This document shows, piece by piece, positions 58,929 to 64,000 of a stretch of DNA of 64,000 nucleotides. Location: positions 7,447-71,446 of the forward strand of contig CAJWXP010000001.1 in the NCBI GenBank assembly GCA_913049785.1. Direction: 5' to 3'. Position 1 is the stretch's first letter. The number at the start of each line of letters is the position of its first letter. Source of the stretch: an uncultured Dehalococcoidia bacterium (lineage in GTDB: Bacteria; Chloroflexota; Dehalococcoidia; Lucifugimonadales; UBA1127). The translations under genes were made by a program, and so were the position numbers. The notes under the pieces are model-generated. The model made no database searches, was not told the origin of the DNA, and saw only the letters and a program-made list of their open reading frames with translations.

Positions 58929-59315
58929 GAGGGTGTCTACCACACCCCCACCACGCGGTTTGTCGCGGAGTTCCTGGGGCTTGCCGACTTCATCCCGGCA
59001 ATGTTCGGCGATGGGAAACTCGAGACGATATTGGGTTCTATTACCTGGAATCAGGAGCCCCCTCCCTCTGGCTCAGAGGTGTTGGTGCGGCCTGACGATA
59101 TGACCTTTGAACCGTCTGAGGCCGGGCAGGGGCATATCGTCAGTCGTATCTTCCAGGGGCCGTCGTACTTGTATGAAGTCGATCTGGCAGCCGGGGGTGT
59201 CGTTCACGTGTTGCAGCACCATACCAAGCAGTACGATGTGGGTACACGGGTACAGGTTCGCATCATCGCCGAGCACCGGCTGGCTTGCTTCCTTGGCGAA
59301 CGTCGCGTGGGGTAA
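58929..59315 (+). pseudogene. C-terminal remnant (TOBE region) of FbpC/PotA-like ABC ATPase
   Basis: EGVYHTPTTRFVAEFLGLADF...VLVRPDD...FQGPSYLYEV; Walker A/B region absent. Confidence 0.8.
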
Positions 59316-59323
59316 GCTGCCGG

Positions 59324-60610
59324 CTAAGGGATCAGCGTCTTACGACTGATGGTCTCGTGACGGTTCGGCCCCGTTGAAATGACATCAAGCGGGCAGCCTA
59401 TGATCTCTTCCAGCCCCTGGACATACTTCTTGGCTTGTCGCGGCACATCGTCCCAATTCGTTAGGCCCGCAGTAGGCAGCGTCCATCCTTCAAAATCACG
59501 GTAGACGGGTTTGCACTTCTCTAACGCATTGATCTGGGCCGGGAAGCCTTCAACAGGCTTACCGTCTATCTCATACCCTATACAGACCTTCACAGTCTTC
59601 ATGCCGTCGAGTATGTCCAGTCGCGTGAGTATCCCAGACGTGAGGTCGTTGACGATGACGCCGTAACGGGCAGCCACGCCATCGAACCAGCCGCAGCGTC
59701 GCGGACGTCCAGTTGTTGTGCCGAACTCCCCGGCCTTCTGGCGAATGGCCTCGCCGACTTCATCGTCCAACTCCGTGGGCATGGGGCCTGAGCCCACCCT
59801 GGTGTTGTAGGCCTTGAATATGCCGAACACACCGGCTACAGACCTGGGGCCTATCCCTAAACCGGCGCAGGCGCCACCTACCGAACTCGATGAAGAGGTC
59901 ACATAGGGGTATGTCCCGTGGTCAAGGTCAAGCAGGGTGCCCTGAGCGCCCTCCAGCAGGACGTTCTCACCCTTACTGAGGGCATCCCGGACTCGTTCCT
60001 CCACCGGGGCGATGAAGGGGAGTAACTGATCCCTCCAGTTCAAGCACCGATCGAAGATGTCCTGCACATCGAAGGCCTCGCCTCCGTGTACCTTGGTGAT
60101 TACGGCGTTCACGTGGGGCAAAACCTGTTCGATGCGGTTTCGCAAGCCTTCGGCGTCCAGCATGTCACCGAATCTGATACCGGTGCGCGCTACTTTGTCC
60201 ACGTATGCGGGGCCGACACCTCGACCGGTGGTTCCCAACGCGCTGTTGCCACGGCCCTTCTCTTCAAGTTGGTCCAGGGCCACGTGGTACGGCATGATGA
60301 TGTGGGCGCGGTCGCTGATCTGCAGTTTGCTCACATCCAGCCCTCGCGAACGCAAGTCCTCGATCTCTTGAATGAGGACATCAGGGTCTACGACAACACC
60401 GTTGCCTATGACCGGAGTCACCTGAGGCCAGACAGCCCCTGACGGCATCAGGTGGAACTTGAACTCACCCTTCTCATTGAGAACGGTATGGCCGGCATTG
60501 TTCCCTCCAGAAAATCGGGCCACCACAGTGACCCGCTCCGATAGGTAATCAATGACCTTCCCTTTTCCTTCATCACCCCATTGGCCGCCGATTACGGCAT
60601 ACGCAGGCAT
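59324..60610 (-). CDS. purA: Adenylosuccinate synthetase
   Basis: QWGDEGKGK, GGNNAGHT, GTTGRGVGPAY, EGAQG, GTTTGRPRRCGW. Confidence 0.97.
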   Translation of the reverse strand: MPAYAVIGGQWGDEGKGKVIDYLSERVTVVARFSGGNNAGHTVLNEKGEFKFHLMPSGAVWPQVTPVIGNGVVVDPDVLIQEIEDLRSRGLDVSKLQISDRAHIIMPYHVALDQLEEKGRGNSALGTTGRGVGPAYVDKVARTGIRFGDMLDAEGLRNRIEQVLPHVNAVITKVHGGEAFDVQDIFDRCLNWRDQLLPFIAPVEERVRDALSKGENVLLEGAQGTLLDLDHGTYPYVTSSSSSVGGACAGLGIGPRSVAGVFGIFKAYNTRVGSGPMPTELDDEVGEAIRQKAGEFGTTTGRPRRCGWFDGVAARYGVIVNDLTSGILTRLDILDGMKTVKVCIGYEIDGKPVEGFPAQINALEKCKPVYRDFEGWTLPTAGLTNWDDVPRQAKKYVQGLEEIIGCPLDVISTGPNRHETISRKTLIP

Positions 60611-60867
60611 ATCCACTCCAGAGTCAAACGTTTGGTGTTTGGGCGAAAACCCGTGGCATTATATCAAAACCGTGTGTGTCTGGAAAGCTGGAGTTGGCAG
60701 TGATTGATACCCGATGAAAAACAACGAAAACTTGGACGCATCCCCCTATGAATTAGATAGGGGTTCGAATTACCTTTGTGCTATAATCAAACTTGCTCTG
60801 CAGCTTGACGGGCACCGTGGTTTCTCGAGTGTCCGTAACAGACTGCACTGACCTAGAGGGGGTTAGA

Positions 60868-61830
60868 ATGCCTGATCTGGAGAACCTGAAGATCTTCAGC
60901 GGCGCCGCTCATCCTACGTTAGCCCAAGATGTCTGTACCTACGTCGACATCCCACTAGGGAAGGCGACGGTATCTAAGTTCTCCAACGACAATACGTTTG
61001 TACAGTACCAGGAAAACATCCGCCAGCAGGATATTTTCATCATCCAGCCTTTTTCGTATCCAGTGAACGACTCTATTATGGAACTCCTCATCATGATCGA
61101 TGCAGCCAAGCGGGCATCGGCTGGACGGATCACTGCGGTAATCCCTTTTTACGCTTACGGGCGTACAGATAAGAAAGACCAGCCGCGCGTTCCCATCACA
61201 GCGCGGCTCCTAGCCGACCTTATTACCGTAGCTGGAGCCCACCGTGTGTTGACCGTGGACCTGCATGCCGGACAGATTCAGGGGTTCTTCAACATCCCTG
61301 TGGATGAGTTAACCGCTTTGCCGTTACTCACAAGTTATTACCGACACAAGGAACTTGTTAATCCTGTGGTGGTTGCGGTGGACATCGGAATCAGTAAGCG
61401 CGCACGCGACATGGCAAACGCCCTAGGAATTCCCTTGGCAATTATTGAGAAACGGCGAGTAGATAATAACGATCACACGGAAGTCCTGAATGTTATTGGT
61501 GACGTAGCAGGTAAAACAGCCATCACCTTTGACGATGAAACGGGAACCGGCGGTTCATTGGTGTCCGCCGTTCAGGCTGTTGTGAACGCAGGGGCAAAAG
61601 AGATTTACTCTTGCTCCACTCATGGTGTGTTTACAGACCCGGCGATAGACAGGATCAGCAACAGCCAGATCAAAGAGATGGTGGTAACGGACACATTACC
61701 CAGCGCATCCAAAGCGGATTCGCCCAAGATCAAGGTGTTGTCTGTGGCTACCCTGCTTGGAGAAGCCATCTGCCGGATTCACGAAGGGCGTTCAGTAGGT
61801 GAGTTGTTTGCAGAAGTCAGGGATAGCTAA
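60868..61830 (+). CDS. prs: Ribose-phosphate pyrophosphokinase
   Basis: MELLIMIDAAKRASA, YAYGRTDKK, DLHAGQIQGFF, IIEKRR, DDETGTGG, THG. Confidence 0.95.
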   Translation: MPDLENLKIFSGAAHPTLAQDVCTYVDIPLGKATVSKFSNDNTFVQYQENIRQQDIFIIQPFSYPVNDSIMELLIMIDAAKRASAGRITAVIPFYAYGRTDKKDQPRVPITARLLADLITVAGAHRVLTVDLHAGQIQGFFNIPVDELTALPLLTSYYRHKELVNPVVVAVDIGISKRARDMANALGIPLAIIEKRRVDNNDHTEVLNVIGDVAGKTAITFDDETGTGGSLVSAVQAVVNAGAKEIYSCSTHGVFTDPAIDRISNSQIKEMVVTDTLPSASKADSPKIKVLSVATLLGEAICRIHEGRSVGELFAEVRDS

Positions 61831-61866
61831 TCAGCCCGTGCTTTTGCATAGGAGAGGGAACAAGTA

Positions 61867-64000
61867 ATGGCAGGCCTGTTAGGGAAGGTATTCAAGAATC
61901 GTAATGAAGGCATAATCAAAAAACTTTTGCCTTCGGTGAAAGACGCCAACGCCTTTGAGCCTGAGTTCAAGTCCATGAGTGACGATGACTTGAAGGGTAT
62001 GACTGCGAAACTCAGGTCTCGCCTGGACGCCGGGGAGACGCTGGATGACCTACTGCCCATCGCCTTTGCCGCCGTGCGAGAGGCTGCATGGCGGAATATC
62101 GGGCTTCGACACTTCGATGTGCAGCTCATCGGCGGCATGGTGCTCCATGATGGGAAGATCGCCGAGATGCGCACGGGTGAAGGCAAGACCCTTGTGGCTA
62201 CCCTGGCGGCGTATCTCAATGCCCTGGAGAACAAGGGCGTCCACGTCATCACGGTGAACGATTACCTTGCTCGCCGGGACACTCAGTGGATGGGCCCGGT
62301 CTACTACGGTCTTGGGATGTCCGTGGGTTGCCTCCAGCATGAGATCTCCTACCAACTTGACCCTGAAGTCCACTCTGACCAGCCTGGGATGAACGCCCTG
62401 CGCGTGGTCTCTCGTCAAGATGCGTACGCCGCTGACCTCACCTATGGCACCAACCATGAGTTCGGCTTTGATTACCTCCGCGACAACATGGCGATCGATG
62501 CTGTGAACCGCGTGCAGCGAGAGTTGAACTTCGTCATCGTGGACGAGGTGGACAACATCCTCATCGACGAGGCGAGGACACCCCTGATCATCAGTGGCCC
62601 TGCACAAGAGGCTACCCAGACGTACGGCACGATGGCTCGCATCGTACCGCGGCTGCAGATCGAAGATGACTTCACCCTCGATGAGAAACATCGCACCATC
62701 TCCTTGACGGAAGACGGCATCGGGGCGCTGGAGCAGGCCCTGAACATCGACAACCTGTACGAGCCAGGGAACTATCAGCTGACCCACTATGTGGAGAACG
62801 CAATCCGCGCTCTCCACATCTACCAGAAGGACAAAGACTATCTGGTGGAGGACGGCGAAATCATTCTGGTGGACGAGTTCACCGGACGGAAGATGTACGG
62901 GAGACGGTACTCTGACGGTCTGCATCAGGCTTTGGAGGCAAAGGAAGGGTTGAAGGTCCAACAGGAGACCATCACCTACGCAACCATCACCCTGCAAAAC
63001 TACTTCCGTATGTACAACAAGCTGGCGGGCATGACTGGTACCGCCATGACTGAAGCCGAAGAGTTCATGCGGATCTACCGCCTGGATGTCGTGAGTATTC
63101 CTACCAACATGCCGAACGTCAGAGACGATAGGATCGACTTCATTTACAAGACAGAAGACGGTAAGTGGAACGCCATCCTTGAAGACATTCAGGAGGCGCA
63201 CATTGAGGGCCGGCCCGTCTTGGTAGGCACCGCCTCAATTGAGACCTCCGAGATATTGGACGGCATCCTGAAGCGGAACGGCATTCCCCACCAGGTACTG
63301 AACGCCAAGAACCATGAACAAGAGGCCAACATCGTGGCGCAGGCCGGACGCGTGGGCTCCGTGACCGTGGCTACAAACATGGCAGGTCGAGGAACGGACA
63401 TCATCCTGGGCGGGAACCAGGAAATGTTGTTGGCAGATGAGTTGCGCAGGAAGGGCCACGCAACACCGGAGGATGCCCCCGAGGATGTCGTCGAGTCCAT
63501 CAAAGAGGCTGTCCACCAGAAATGGCTCGAGGAGCACCAGCAGATCATAGACATGGGCGGGCTGTACGTCATCGGCACAGAGAAGAACGACGCTCGCCGT
63601 ATCGACAACCAGCTCCGTGGACGAACCGGTCGTCAAGGAGACCCTGGCACGACTCGTTTCTACGTTTCCCTCGACGATGATCTGATGCGCCGCTTTGGTG
63701 GAGACCGCATCAAAGGGATTATGGGTACGTTCGGCCTAGGTGACGATCAGGCTCTTGAGAACTCTATGGTGAGTAAAGCCCTTGGGAACGCTCAGACAAA
63801 GGTAGAGGCGTACCACTTCGAGATCCGGAAGAACCTTGTAGAGTACGACGATGTGATCAATACCCACCGTGAAGTGATCTATGCGGAACGCCACAAGGTC
63901 CTGGAAGGCGCAGACCTCAAGAGCAACATCCTGGACATGATAGATAAAGAGCTGGGAGAGATCGTAGACAACTATGTAGTGGGCTCCCACTCGGAGGAAT
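61867..64000 (+). CDS. secA: Preprotein translocase SecA (partial, runs off right edge)
   Basis: MAGLLGKVF...HFDVQLIGG...AEMRTGEGKT...VDEVDNILIDEARTPLIISG...ATNMAGRGTDI...RGRTGRQGDPG; absent from the ORF track. Confidence 0.97.
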   Translation, partial: MAGLLGKVFKNRNEGIIKKLLPSVKDANAFEPEFKSMSDDDLKGMTAKLRSRLDAGETLDDLLPIAFAAVREAAWRNIGLRHFDVQLIGGMVLHDGKIAEMRTGEGKTLVATLAAYLNALENKGVHVITVNDYLARRDTQWMGPVYYGLGMSVGCLQHEISYQLDPEVHSDQPGMNALRVVSRQDAYAADLTYGTNHEFGFDYLRDNMAIDAVNRVQRELNFVIVDEVDNILIDEARTPLIISGPAQEATQTYGTMARIVPRLQIEDDFTLDEKHRTISLTEDGIGALEQALNIDNLYEPGNYQLTHYVENAIRALHIYQKDKDYLVEDGEIILVDEFTGRKMYGRRYSDGLHQALEAKEGLKVQQETITYATITLQNYFRMYNKLAGMTGTAMTEAEEFMRIYRLDVVSIPTNMPNVRDDRIDFIYKTEDGKWNAILEDIQEAHIEGRPVLVGTASIETSEILDGILKRNGIPHQVLNAKNHEQEANIVAQAGRVGSVTVATNMAGRGTDIILGGNQEMLLADELRRKGHATPEDAPEDVVESIKEAVHQKWLEEHQQIIDMGGLYVIGTEKNDARRIDNQLRGRTGRQGDPGTTRFYVSLDDDLMRRFGGDRIKGIMGTFGLGDDQALENSMVSKALGNAQTKVEAYHFEIRKNLVEYDDVINTHREVIYAERHKVLEGADLKSNILDMIDKELGEIVDNYVVGSHSEE

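Noticed and set aside
169-63990. Many long ORFs in the track antisense to or overlapping real genes (e.g. 169-753, 881-1798, 1819-2697, 3949-4959, 12483-13832, 19034-20083, 33124-34089, 62050-63201)
   Set aside because: Shadow frames of high-GC coding sequence; the opposite strand has recognisable family motifs and these have none

Overview
GC-rich bacterial chromosomal segment. The gene content (many F420/LLM oxidoreductases, NpdG, Rieske oxygenases, FAH, amidohydrolase, MetE-like and CitE-like paralogues, GuaB3, fused AccDA) suggests Chloroflexota/Dehalococcoidia, probably SAR202-like; this taxonomy is inference only. The left ~46 kb is catabolic/accessory, interspersed with a few housekeeping genes (thrC, dinB, ispH, pyk). 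After tRNA-Lys(TTT) at 45978-46053 the window is mostly housekeeping (lepB, ECF sigma/anti-sigma/SIMPL, accDA, ftsK, rnj, udg, split metE, purA, prs, partial secA). I saw no CRISPR, rRNA, integrase or transposase. Most notable: (1) an operon of three CitE-like proteins, one catalytically intact and two with degenerate active sites, one of them membrane-anchored and carrying three PVVPSHF repeats conserved at protein level; (2) a deiodinase-like selenoprotein split by the ORF track at an in-frame UGA followed by a SECIS-like hairpin; (3) a palindrome CCAGGG-N4/5-CCCTGG found upstream of four catabolic transcription units, including a mirror-image divergent promoter; (4) an islet of tiny proteins (Zn-binding, wHTH-like, two SH3-like paralogues); (5) a cluster of single-lesion pseudogenes, and a deletion scar of a probable Fur-regulated iron ABC operon. 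All product calls come from motif recognition by eye; no database searches were run.
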